A stretch of DNA of 32,000 nt, from contig NC_000853.1 of NCBI RefSeq assembly GCF_000008545.1, positions 168,465-200,464 on the forward strand. Reading direction: 5' to 3'. How positions within the stretch are numbered: the stretch's first letter is position 1; the number at the start of each line of letters is the position of its first letter. The notes beneath the pieces are model-generated. The model worked only from the letters and a program-made list of their open reading frames with translations, did not search any database and was not told the origin of the DNA. This document shows, piece by piece, positions 9,302-18,061 of the stretch. The position numbers and the translations under genes were made by a program. This DNA comes from Thermotoga maritima MSB8 (GTDB lineage: Bacteria; Thermotogota; Thermotogae; Thermotogales; Thermotogaceae).

Positions 9302-10512
9302 ACACAGGTGAAATGAAGATAAACTGGGTTTCCAGATACATGCCCCTTCTGAACAAAATCGCCGAGGAGTATTCGAGAGAAAAGCCGCTGTCTGGTTTCA
9401 CCGTTGGAATGAGCATACACCTTGAAGCAAAAACGGCCTATCTCGCGATTACTCTGTCAAAGCTTGGAGCGAAAGTGGTGATCACAGGAAGCAACCCACT
9501 TTCAACACAGGATGATGTGGCGGAAGCGCTCAGATCAAAGGGAATAACCGTTTATGCGAGAAGAACACACGACGAGAGCATCTACCGGGAAAATCTCATG
9601 AAAGTTCTCGATGAAAGGCCAGACTTCATAATAGACGACGGAGGAGATCTCACGGTGATTTCTCACACCGAAAGAGAAGAGGTTCTCGAAAATCTCAAAG
9701 GGGTATCCGAAGAAACCACGACGGGTGTTAGACGTTTAAAGGCATTGGAAGAGACAGGAAAATTGAGGGTGCCCGTTATCGCTGTGAATGATTCCAAGAT
9801 GAAGTATCTCTTCGATAACAGATACGGGACGGGTCAGTCCACATGGGACGCCATCATGAGAAACACGAACCTTCTCGTTGCTGGAAAAAACGTTGTGGTG
9901 GCGGGATACGGTTGGTGTGGACGAGGGATCGCTCTCCGTGCAGCGGGACTAGGAGCCAGGGTGATCGTGACAGAAGTTGATCCTGTAAAGGCCGTCGAAG
10001 CGATCATGGACGGGTTCACAGTTATGCCTATGAAGGAGGCCGTGAAGATTGCCGACTTTGTGATAACGGCCTCAGGAAACACCGACGTTCTCTCAAAGGA
10101 AGATATCCTTTCACTCAAAGACGGGGCAGTTCTGGCAAACGCTGGGCATTTCAATGTGGAGATTCCGGTGAGGGTACTGGAAGAAATTGCGGTTGAAAAG
10201 TTCGAAGCACGGCCGAACGTGACAGGATACACTCTGGAGAACGGTAAAACAGTCTTTCTTCTTGCGGAGGGAAGGCTGGTCAACCTGGCAGCGGGAGATG
10301 GCCACCCAGTAGAAATAATGGATCTGTCCTTTGCACTTCAGATCTTCGCCGTGCTTTATCTTCTTGAAAATCACAGAAAGATGTCACCGAAGGTTTACAT
10401 GCTCCCAGATGAAATAGACGAAAGAGTGGCCAGGATGAAACTGGATTCTCTGGGAGTAAAGATAGATGAGCTGACAGAGAAACAGAGGAGGTATCTGAGA
10501 AGTTGGCAGTGA
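9298..10512 (+). CDS. ahcY: adenosylhomocysteinase (short archaeal/Thermotoga type)
   Basis: Full-length SAHH pattern with NAD-binding VVAGYGWCGRGIA, HLEAKTA, DDGGDL, and HFNVEI. RBS GGAGGGA. Confidence 0.92.
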   Translation: MNTGEMKINWVSRYMPLLNKIAEEYSREKPLSGFTVGMSIHLEAKTAYLAITLSKLGAKVVITGSNPLSTQDDVAEALRSKGITVYARRTHDESIYRENLMKVLDERPDFIIDDGGDLTVISHTEREEVLENLKGVSEETTTGVRRLKALEETGKLRVPVIAVNDSKMKYLFDNRYGTGQSTWDAIMRNTNLLVAGKNVVVAGYGWCGRGIALRAAGLGARVIVTEVDPVKAVEAIMDGFTVMPMKEAVKIADFVITASGNTDVLSKEDILSLKDGAVLANAGHFNVEIPVRVLEEIAVEKFEARPNVTGYTLENGKTVFLLAEGRLVNLAAGDGHPVEIMDLSFALQIFAVLYLLENHRKMSPKVYMLPDEIDERVARMKLDSLGVKIDELTEKQRRYLRSWQ

Positions 10513-13500
10513 ATTCCAAATACCATCATTCCTGTATCAACTGTGGGGGATTGAACACCGATGAAAGAAACGAAAGGGGACTTCCTTGTGAAGTTTGTCT
10601 TCCCGAAGATTCCCCTTCTGACATTTATAGGGCCCTTCTTGAAAGAAAGACTCTGAAGGAGTATCGCTTCTATCATGAATTCTGGAACGAGTACGAAGAT
10701 TTCAGGAGTTTCTTCAAGAAAAAATTCGGGAAGGATTTGACGGGTTATCAAAGGTTGTGGGCAAAGAGGATCGTTCAGGGAAAGAGTTTCACAATGGTTG
10801 CACCAACCGGTGTGGGGAAAACAACTTTTGGGATGATGACGGCCCTGTGGCTGGCAAGGAAAGGAAAAAAATCCGCTCTCGTTTTCCCAACGGTTACTCT
10901 GGTGAAGCAAACTCTCGAAAGGCTTCAAAAGCTTGCCGATGAAAAGGTGAAAATCTTCGGTTTTTATTCCTCAATGAAAAAAGAAGAAAAAGAAAAGTTC
11001 GAGAAAAGCTTTGAAGAAGACGATTACCATATCCTGGTTTTCTCCACTCAGTTCGTTTCGAAAAACAGAGAAAAGCTTTCCCAAAAAAGATTTGACTTTG
11101 TTTTCGTGGACGATGTGGATGCTGTTCTCAAGGCCTCCCGGAACATAGACACTTTGCTCATGATGGTTGGAATACCGGAAGAGATCATAAGAAAGGCTTT
11201 CTCGACTATAAAGCAGGGAAAGATTTACGAAAGGCCAAAGAACCTGAAGCCAGGTATTCTTGTGGTTTCTTCTGCCACCGCCAAACCGCGTGGTATAAGG
11301 CCCCTTCTCTTCAGAGACCTCCTCAATTTCACCGTCGGAAGGCTGGTTTCGGTAGCAAGAAACATCACCCATGTCAGGATCTCCTCCAGATCGAAAGAAA
11401 AACTGGTAGAGCTGCTGGAGATTTTCAGAGATGGGATATTGATCTTCGCACAAACTGAAGAGGAGGGTAAAGAGCTTTATGAGTACTTGAAAAGATTCAA
11501 ATTCAATGTGGGAGAGACCTGGTCCGAATTTGAGAAGAATTTCGAAGATTTCAAAGTGGGAAAGATCAACATTCTGATAGGTGTTCAGGCGTACTACGGA
11601 AAACTGACGAGAGGTGTCGATCTTCCCGAAAGAATAAAATACGTGATCTTCTGGGGAACTCCTTCCATGAGATTTTCACTGGAACTCGACAAAGCACCGA
11701 GGTTTGTTCTTGCCAGGGTTTTAAAGGAAATGGGTTTGATAAAAGCTCAGGAGAACCCAGATGTCGAGGAGCTCAGAAAGATAGCGAAAGAGCATTTAAC
11801 TCAAAAAGAATTCGTTGAGAAAGTGAAAGAAATGTTCAGAGGAGTGGTTGTTAAAGATGAAGACCTGGAGCTGATCATCCCAGATGTTTACACCTACATA
11901 CAAGCGTCTGGGAGATCCTCCAGAATACTGAACGGTGTGCTGGTCAAGGGTGTTTCTGTGATCTTCGAAGAAGACGAGGAGATTTTCGAATCGCTGAAAA
12001 CAAGACTCCTTCTCATCGCAGAAGAAGAAATAATAGAAGAGGCCGAAGCGAACTGGAAAGAATTGGTTCACGAGGTAGAGGAAAGCAGGAGAAGAAGCGA
12101 AAGGGAACTGACCGACACGTCAAGATCCCTTCTGATCATCGTGGAGTCTCCGACCAAAGCAGAAACACTCTCCAGATTCCTTGGAAGGGCTTCTTCTCGG
12201 AAAGAGAGAAACATAATTGTCCATGAAGCGGTGACAGGCGAGGGAGTGATACTCTTCACCGCGACGAGGGGACACGTCTACGATCTTGTTACAAAGGGAG
12301 GAATTCACGGAGTAGAGGAAGAAAATGGAAAATTCGTTCCCGTGTACAACTCTCTGAAAAGATGCAGAGATTGTGGATACCAGTTCACGGAGGATAGGGA
12401 TGAGTGTCCTGTATGTTCTTCGAAAAACATAGATGATAAGACAGAAACGCTCAGAGCTCTAAGAGAGATTTCACTGGAGGCAGATGAAATCCTTGTGGCA
12501 ACAGACCCGGATGTTGAAGGAGAGAAAATATCCTGGGATGTGACTCAGTATCTTCTTCCGTCCACCAGATCTTTGAGGAGAATAGAAATGCACGAAATCA
12601 CAAGGTACGGTTTCAAAAAGGCAAGGGAAAGCGTCCGGTTCGTTGATTTCAATCTGGTGAAGGCACAGATCGTGAGGAGAGTGCAGGACAGGTGGATAGG
12701 GTTTGAACTCAGTGGAAAACTGCAGAAAAGATTTGGAAGATCGAATCTCTCGGCAGGCCGGGTGCAATCCACCGTTCTGGGATGGATAGTAGAGAGAGAA
12801 GAAGAATACAAAAAGAGCGAAAAAGATTTCACTCTCCTTGTTCTGGAAAACGGTGTGAATCTGGAAGTCGAAGGGAAAATCGCAGACGATGTGGTAACCG
12901 TTGTGGAACTACAGGAAGCCGAAGAAGAAAAAAATCCGCTACCACCATACACAACATCTTCGGCACTATCAGAGATTTCACAAAAATTGCGGCTCGGTGT
13001 TCAAGAAGTGATGGACATCCTTCAAGATCTTTTTGAAAAAGGTTTCATCACCTATCACAGAACGGATTCAACAAGAATTTCTCTTGAGGGTCAGAACGTC
13101 GCGCGAACCTACCTCAGGAAGATAGGAAAAGAGGATATATTCATGGGAAGAAGCTGGTCAACAGAAGGCGCTCACGAGGCGATAAGGCCCGTGAAGCCTA
13201 TAGATGCCAGGGAACTTGAGGAGATGATCGAAGAAGGTTTGATAGCCGATCTCACCAAGAAACATTTGAGAGTTTATGAACTCATCTTCAACCGCTTTCT
13301 TGCCAGTCAATCCGCGGCTGTGAAGGTGAAAAAACAGATCGTGACAGTCGATGTGGATGGTAAGCGGATGGGAATAGAACAGATAGTCGAGATTTTGAGA
13401 GACGGCTGGAATCTCTTCGTGCCGTTAACAGTTTCTCCAAGATTTGAACACAGAACCTACAAGATAAAAGAAAAAAAGTTTTACAAAAAACACACCGTTC

Positions 13501-13817
13501 CTCTCTTCACTCAGGCTTCTATTGTGGAAGAAATGAAGAAAAGAGGTATTGGAAGACCTTCTACTTATGCAAAAATAGTAGAGGTACTTTTCAGAAGAGG
13601 CTATGTGTACGAAGACAAATACAAGAGAGTTCGACCAACCAGATTTGGTGTGATGGTCTATTCCTATCTGAAAGAGCGTTATGAGAAATACGTCACAGAA
13701 GAGACCACACGAAGATTAGAGGAGATCATGGATAAGGTGGAAAGGGGAGAGGAAGATTATCAAGCAACTCTGAGGCTTTTATATGAAGAAATAAAATCTC
13801 TCATGGAGGAGGGGTAA
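10503..13817 (+). CDS. rgy: reverse gyrase (helicase-like domain fused to type IA topoisomerase)
   Basis: N-terminal Zn finger (CINCGG...CEVC). Walker A APTGVGKTT and a DDVD box. Toprim motifs (IIVESPTKA; ATDPDVEGE). Second Zn finger (CRDCGY...CPVC). Topo IA active-site Tyr context (ITYHRTDS). TTG start lies 10 nt inside ahcY. Confidence 0.95.
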   Translation: MAVNSKYHHSCINCGGLNTDERNERGLPCEVCLPEDSPSDIYRALLERKTLKEYRFYHEFWNEYEDFRSFFKKKFGKDLTGYQRLWAKRIVQGKSFTMVAPTGVGKTTFGMMTALWLARKGKKSALVFPTVTLVKQTLERLQKLADEKVKIFGFYSSMKKEEKEKFEKSFEEDDYHILVFSTQFVSKNREKLSQKRFDFVFVDDVDAVLKASRNIDTLLMMVGIPEEIIRKAFSTIKQGKIYERPKNLKPGILVVSSATAKPRGIRPLLFRDLLNFTVGRLVSVARNITHVRISSRSKEKLVELLEIFRDGILIFAQTEEEGKELYEYLKRFKFNVGETWSEFEKNFEDFKVGKINILIGVQAYYGKLTRGVDLPERIKYVIFWGTPSMRFSLELDKAPRFVLARVLKEMGLIKAQENPDVEELRKIAKEHLTQKEFVEKVKEMFRGVVVKDEDLELIIPDVYTYIQASGRSSRILNGVLVKGVSVIFEEDEEIFESLKTRLLLIAEEEIIEEAEANWKELVHEVEESRRRSERELTDTSRSLLIIVESPTKAETLSRFLGRASSRKERNIIVHEAVTGEGVILFTATRGHVYDLVTKGGIHGVEEENGKFVPVYNSLKRCRDCGYQFTEDRDECPVCSSKNIDDKTETLRALREISLEADEILVATDPDVEGEKISWDVTQYLLPSTRSLRRIEMHEITRYGFKKARESVRFVDFNLVKAQIVRRVQDRWIGFELSGKLQKRFGRSNLSAGRVQSTVLGWIVEREEEYKKSEKDFTLLVLENGVNLEVEGKIADDVVTVVELQEAEEEKNPLPPYTTSSALSEISQKLRLGVQEVMDILQDLFEKGFITYHRTDSTRISLEGQNVARTYLRKIGKEDIFMGRSWSTEGAHEAIRPVKPIDARELEEMIEEGLIADLTKKHLRVYELIFNRFLASQSAAVKVKKQIVTVDVDGKRMGIEQIVEILRDGWNLFVPLTVSPRFEHRTYKIKEKKFYKKHTVPLFTQASIVEEMKKRGIGRPSTYAKIVEVLFRRGYVYEDKYKRVRPTRFGVMVYSYLKERYEKYVTEETTRRLEEIMDKVERGEEDYQATLRLLYEEIKSLMEEG

Positions 13818-15997
13818 TGTATGTGGCTGCTCTTTTCTTTTTAATTCCGCTTGTTGCACTCGGTTTTGCTGCCGCAAACTTCGCAGCCGTCGTCAGAAAA
13901 CCAGAGGGGACCGAGCGGATGAAAGAGATTTCCTCCTACATCAGAAGTGGAGCAGATTCCTTCCTTGCACACGAAACAAAAGCTATTTTCAAAGTTGCCA
14001 TCGTCATAGCGATACTCCTCATGATTTTCACAACCTGGCAGACGGGTGTGGCGTTTCTCCTGGGAGCCGTTATGAGTGCATCTGCTGGTATCGTGGGAAT
14101 GAAGATGGCCACCAGGGCAAACGTCAGGGTGGCGGAGGCTGCAAGAACCACAAAGAAGATAGGTCCCGCTTTGAAAGTGGCGTATCAAGGCGGAAGCGTT
14201 ATGGGTCTTTCCGTTGGTGGATTCGCTCTGCTTGGACTCGTCCTGGTGTATCTGATTTTCGGAAAGTGGATGGGACAGGTGGACAATCTGAACATATACA
14301 CGAACTGGCTTGGAATAAACTTTGTTCCTTTTGCGATGACCGTTTCTGGATACGCCCTTGGATGTTCAATCATTGCCATGTTCGATAGGGTCGGTGGAGG
14401 AGTTTACACGAAGGCCGCTGATATGGCAGCCGACCTCGTTGGGAAAACCGAATTGAACCTCCCGGAAGACGATCCCAGGAATCCGGCAACGATCGCAGAC
14501 AATGTGGGAGACAACGTGGGAGACGTTGCGGGGCTCGGAGCGGACCTTTTGGAGAGCTTTGTTGGAGCGATAGTTTCTTCCATAATCCTCGCTTCTTACA
14601 TGTTCCCAATCTACGTTCAGAAGATAGGTGAGAATCTGGTACATCAGGTACCGAAGGAGACGATACAGGCGCTCATCAGCTATCCTATCTTCTTTGCTCT
14701 TGTTGGTCTTGGCTGTTCGATGCTTGGAATACTCTATGTGATCGTAAAGAAGCCATCTGATAATCCTCAAAGAGAACTCAACATCAGCCTCTGGACATCC
14801 GCGCTGCTCACAGTTGTCCTCACAGCCTTTCTGACGTATTTCTATCTGAAAGATCTTCAGGGACTCGATGTAGTCGGATTCCGATTTGGAGCCATCTCAC
14901 CCTGGTTCTCAGCGATCATAGGCATCTTCTCAGGGATTCTCATAGGATTCTGGGCCGAGTACTACACGAGCTATCGCTACAAACCGACCCAGTTTCTGAG
15001 TAAATCTTCTATCGAAGGAACCGGAATGGTCATTTCGAACGGACTTTCGCTTGGTATGAAGAGCGTGTTTCCTCCCACTCTAACACTTGTTCTTGGTATT
15101 CTTTTTGCTGATTATTTTGCGGGTCTCTACGGTGTGGCGATTGCCGCGCTTGGAATGCTTTCGTTCGTTGCAACATCCGTTTCTGTTGACAGCTACGGTC
15201 CCATTGCGGACAACGCGGGCGGAATAAGCGAAATGTGTGAACTGGATCCCGAAGTCAGGAAGATCACGGATCACCTCGACGCGGTCGGTAACACCACCGC
15301 AGCCATAGGAAAAGGATTCGCTATAGGATCCGCTATCTTTGCAGCGCTTTCGCTCTTTGCGTCTTACATGTTCTCCCAGATCAGTCCTTCTGATATTGGG
15401 AAGCCTCCTTCACTCGTGCTTCTTCTGAACATGCTCGATGCGAGGGTCATAGCAGGCGCCCTCCTTGGTGCAGCCATCACATATTACTTCAGTGGATATC
15501 TTATTTCGGCAGTTACCAAGGCAGCTATGAAGATGGTGGATGAGATCAGAAGACAGGCTCGAGAGATCCCAGGACTGCTGGAAGGTAAGGCCAAGCCTGA
15601 CTACAACAGGTGTATTGAGATCACAAGCGACAACGCTCTGAAGCAGATGGGTTATCCTGCGTTCATAGCGATTCTCACACCGCTTGTGACTGGTTTTCTC
15701 CTCGGAGCGGAGTTTGTTGGAGGAGTGTTGATAGGAACGGTCCTCAGTGGTGCGATGCTCGCAATTCTGACGGCCAATTCTGGAGGAGCCTGGGACAACG
15801 CGAAGAAGTACCTGGAAGCGGGTAATTTGGAAGGGTACGGAAAAGGTTCCGAGCCGCACAAAGCGCTGGTTATAGGAGACACGGTTGGAGATCCTCTCAA
15901 GGACACCGTTGGACCTTCTCTTGACATTCTCATAAAGATCATGTCGGTGGTCTCGGTGATAGCTGTCTCCATATTCAAACACGTTCACCTGTTCTGA
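13817..15997 (+). CDS. hppA: membrane-integral pyrophosphatase, K+-dependent type (Na+/H+-pumping M-PPase)
   Basis: Signature DNVGDNVGD, plus YTKAADMAADLVGK and GNTTAAIGKGFAIGSA (Ala at the K+-dependence position). About 16 TM segments. ATG shares one base with the rgy stop (TAATG). Confidence 0.95.
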   Translation: MYVAALFFLIPLVALGFAAANFAAVVRKPEGTERMKEISSYIRSGADSFLAHETKAIFKVAIVIAILLMIFTTWQTGVAFLLGAVMSASAGIVGMKMATRANVRVAEAARTTKKIGPALKVAYQGGSVMGLSVGGFALLGLVLVYLIFGKWMGQVDNLNIYTNWLGINFVPFAMTVSGYALGCSIIAMFDRVGGGVYTKAADMAADLVGKTELNLPEDDPRNPATIADNVGDNVGDVAGLGADLLESFVGAIVSSIILASYMFPIYVQKIGENLVHQVPKETIQALISYPIFFALVGLGCSMLGILYVIVKKPSDNPQRELNISLWTSALLTVVLTAFLTYFYLKDLQGLDVVGFRFGAISPWFSAIIGIFSGILIGFWAEYYTSYRYKPTQFLSKSSIEGTGMVISNGLSLGMKSVFPPTLTLVLGILFADYFAGLYGVAIAALGMLSFVATSVSVDSYGPIADNAGGISEMCELDPEVRKITDHLDAVGNTTAAIGKGFAIGSAIFAALSLFASYMFSQISPSDIGKPPSLVLLLNMLDARVIAGALLGAAITYYFSGYLISAVTKAAMKMVDEIRRQAREIPGLLEGKAKPDYNRCIEITSDNALKQMGYPAFIAILTPLVTGFLLGAEFVGGVLIGTVLSGAMLAILTANSGGAWDNAKKYLEAGNLEGYGKGSEPHKALVIGDTVGDPLKDTVGPSLDILIKIMSVVSVIAVSIFKHVHLF

Positions 15998-16002
15998 TAA
16001 AC

Positions 16003-16021
16003 GGGGGCTTCGGCCCCCTTT
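16003..16021 (+). terminator. intrinsic terminator with a UUCG tetraloop
   Basis: GGGGGC-TTCG-GCCCCC followed by TTT, 6 nt after the hppA stop. It is the first strong hairpin after 10.5 kb of contiguous genes. Confidence 0.8.
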
Positions 16022-16055
16022 AAAATTGTGATAGGATTTCATGGGGGGACTTCAC

Positions 16056-16322
16056 GTGGAAAGAAAAAAGCTCATTGCGAAATTTGTCGAAATCGCGTCA
16101 GAGAAAATGGGAAAAGATCTTGAAACGGTTGATGAGGAAAACACGTTCAAAGAGCTCGGATTCGATTCGATAGACGTGATAGATCTTGTGATGTTCTTCG
16201 AGGATGAATTTGCCTTGAGAATAGAAGATGAGGAAATATCGAAAATCCGGAAGGTTAAGGATTTGATCGATATCGTAATCAAGAAGCTGGAGGAGATCGA
16301 CGATGAGGTATCTGAGGGCTGA
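16056..16322 (+). CDS. acyl-carrier-protein-like protein (phosphopantetheine attachment motif)
   Basis: LGFDSIDVIDLVMFFEDEF matches the ACP LGxDSLDxVELVMxxEEEF motif. GTG at 16056 has GGGGGGA 6 nt upstream and places the Ser at about position 38, as in canonical ACPs. ATG at 16041 (ORF track) is the alternative start. Confidence 0.7.
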   Translation: MERKKLIAKFVEIASEKMGKDLETVDEENTFKELGFDSIDVIDLVMFFEDEFALRIEDEEISKIRKVKDLIDIVIKKLEEIDDEVSEG

Positions 16323-17184
16323 CGAAAGGTGTCTGATCTGCAGTCTCAGACAGGCGGAGAATCTTCTGAAGAAAACCATCACTTCTCCCGAAAAGAGATG
16401 GGTGATCTTCAGAGAAGTTTTCAGGATTATGAGTGAGATGAAGTGGGGTATGAAGCCTCTCGAAGTTAACGGAGAGGTTCACAGGTTCATAATGGAGTAC
16501 ATAAAGGAAGAAGATCCTTTCAAAGAGGAGAAAAGAAGATCGAACGATATGGCCATAAAACTCGTTGAAATGTTCAGGCCAGAAATTTTGAACTCTCCTG
16601 ACCCTGTGTATTCCGCCGCAAAGCTCGCTGTTTCTGGGAATCTGATAGATCTCGGGATACCGGGATGGAGTGTTGATGAAATCTTTGAAAAACTGCACGA
16701 GGTTTACGAAAGGCCGTTCGACAGAGAAGACTTCGAGAAATTCAGGAATGTGTTGATGAACGCTTCCACTCTGTTCTATGTGGCTGACAACGCAGGAGAA
16801 ATCGTGTTTGACAAGTTCTTCATAGAAGTCCTGAAGATGGAGAATCCATCGCTGGAGGTAGTTGTGGCGGTTCGTGGCAAACCCATTATCAACGATGCAA
16901 CCATCGAGGACGCAAAGTACATCGGTCTGGAAGAGATCGCCACTGTTATTAGCTCTGGAGTGGACGAACCTGGTGTCATGCTTGACAAAGCAAGTGAGGA
17001 GTTCAGAAAGGCATTCTTTGAGTTCGATGTTGTGATCTCCAAAGGCCAGGGAAACTTCGAAGGTCTCTACGAAGAGGAGAAAAAGAATCTCTTCTTCCTC
17101 CTGACAGCAAAGTGTGATTTCGTTGCCGAGGTACTGAACGTTCCTTTGGGTGGTAAGGTCTTCATCTCTTCTTCCTCCCTCTGA
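16303..17184 (+). CDS. DUF89 / ARMT1-like metal-dependent damage-control phosphatase family protein
   Basis: Family signatures YVADNAGEIVFD and ISKGQGNFEGL. N-terminal CxxC (CLIC). RBS GGAGGAG (16289-16295) lies inside the ACP-like gene; 20-nt overlap. Confidence 0.75.
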   Translation: MRYLRADERCLICSLRQAENLLKKTITSPEKRWVIFREVFRIMSEMKWGMKPLEVNGEVHRFIMEYIKEEDPFKEEKRRSNDMAIKLVEMFRPEILNSPDPVYSAAKLAVSGNLIDLGIPGWSVDEIFEKLHEVYERPFDREDFEKFRNVLMNASTLFYVADNAGEIVFDKFFIEVLKMENPSLEVVVAVRGKPIINDATIEDAKYIGLEEIATVISSGVDEPGVMLDKASEEFRKAFFEFDVVISKGQGNFEGLYEEEKKNLFFLLTAKCDFVAEVLNVPLGGKVFISSSSL

Positions 17185-17208
17185 TTTCTCTCGTGGAGGT
17201 GAAAGAAG

Positions 17209-18060
17209 TTGATAGAAAAAATCAAAGAGTACGTGCTGAGTACTCTTGGAACGTTGATCACTGCCGTTGGACTCGTTGTTTTCCTCATACCGAACGATAT
17301 AGCGGCTGGTGGAGTGAGTGGACTTTCGATAATACTTCACAGTTTCGTACCGATCCCCGTTGGTGTGTGGATGTACATACTCAACGGTTTGCTCTTTTTG
17401 ATAGCTTTCTTGACGATAGGTTTCGATTTCAGCGCGAAGACTATTTATTGCACTTTTGTTTTTAACTTCTTCGTGGATCTTTTCGACCGCATTATTCCCC
17501 TTCCAAAGTACACCGGTGATGATCTGTTTCTTGCCGTGTTTTTTGGAACCATCCTCACGGCTTCCGGACTTGCCATAACTTTCTCCCAGAACGCTTCCAC
17601 AGGGGGAACGGATATTCTGGCCAGGATTCTGAACAAGTACTTCTGGATATCTATGGGAACGGGGCTGCTCATGGTGGATGTCGCGATAGCGGTGCTTGCA
17701 GGACTTGTTTTCAGTGCCAGAACAGGTATGTACGCACTTCTTGGAGTTATTTTGAACGGTATAATGGTGGATTTCATGATGAGAGGTATCGAACAGTCGA
17801 GTGAGGTGATCATTATCTCTGAAAAATGCGATGATATAAAAGACTTTGTGCTGAACGTTCTTCAAAGAGGGGCTACTTACATTCCCGCAAAGGGAGCTTA
17901 CACCGGCAAAGAAAGGAAGATACTTCTGGTGGTGGTGAGGAGAAGGGAATTGAACGAACTGATCAGGTTCATAAAGAAGGCTGATCCAAAAGCCTTCGTC
18001 ATAATCAAGGAAGTGAGACAGGCCCTTGGAGAAGGGTTCAAAGAACTGGAGGAGTTGTGA
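17209..18060 (+). CDS. YitT-family membrane protein (DUF161 repeats plus C-terminal DUF2179 domain)
   Basis: TTG start with GGAGGTGA upstream. Repeated AAGGVSG / STGGTD motifs within TM segments. Soluble C-terminal domain (VIIISEKCDDIKDF...KAFVIIKEV). Confidence 0.75.
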   Translation: MIEKIKEYVLSTLGTLITAVGLVVFLIPNDIAAGGVSGLSIILHSFVPIPVGVWMYILNGLLFLIAFLTIGFDFSAKTIYCTFVFNFFVDLFDRIIPLPKYTGDDLFLAVFFGTILTASGLAITFSQNASTGGTDILARILNKYFWISMGTGLLMVDVAIAVLAGLVFSARTGMYALLGVILNGIMVDFMMRGIEQSSEVIIISEKCDDIKDFVLNVLQRGATYIPAKGAYTGKERKILLVVVRRRELNELIRFIKKADPKAFVIIKEVRQALGEGFKELEEL

Positions 18061-18061
18061 G

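Noticed and set aside
10976-10997. 22-nt all-purine run (GAAAAAAGAAGAAAAAGAAAAG) inside rgy as a possible slippery or frameshift site or repeat
   Set aside because: It simply encodes MKKEEKEK in the continuous reverse gyrase frame. The homologous frame is maintained on both sides. Purine-loaded coding strands are typical of this genome.
16024-16041. TTGTGATAGGATTTCATG as a possible Rex operator in front of the ACP-like gene
   Set aside because: The left half (TTGTGAT) is good, but the right half (TTTCATG) matches the TTCACAA half-site poorly. It is worth scoring with a real PWM but is not supportable by eye.
16279-17865. 528-aa ORF antisense to the DUF89 and yitT-like genes
   Set aside because: The two sense genes happen to be in the same frame (both starts are congruent to 1 mod 3). 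The antisense ORF is codon-aligned with both and crosses the 24-nt gap by chance. There are no motifs and no RBS. It is a shadow ORF.
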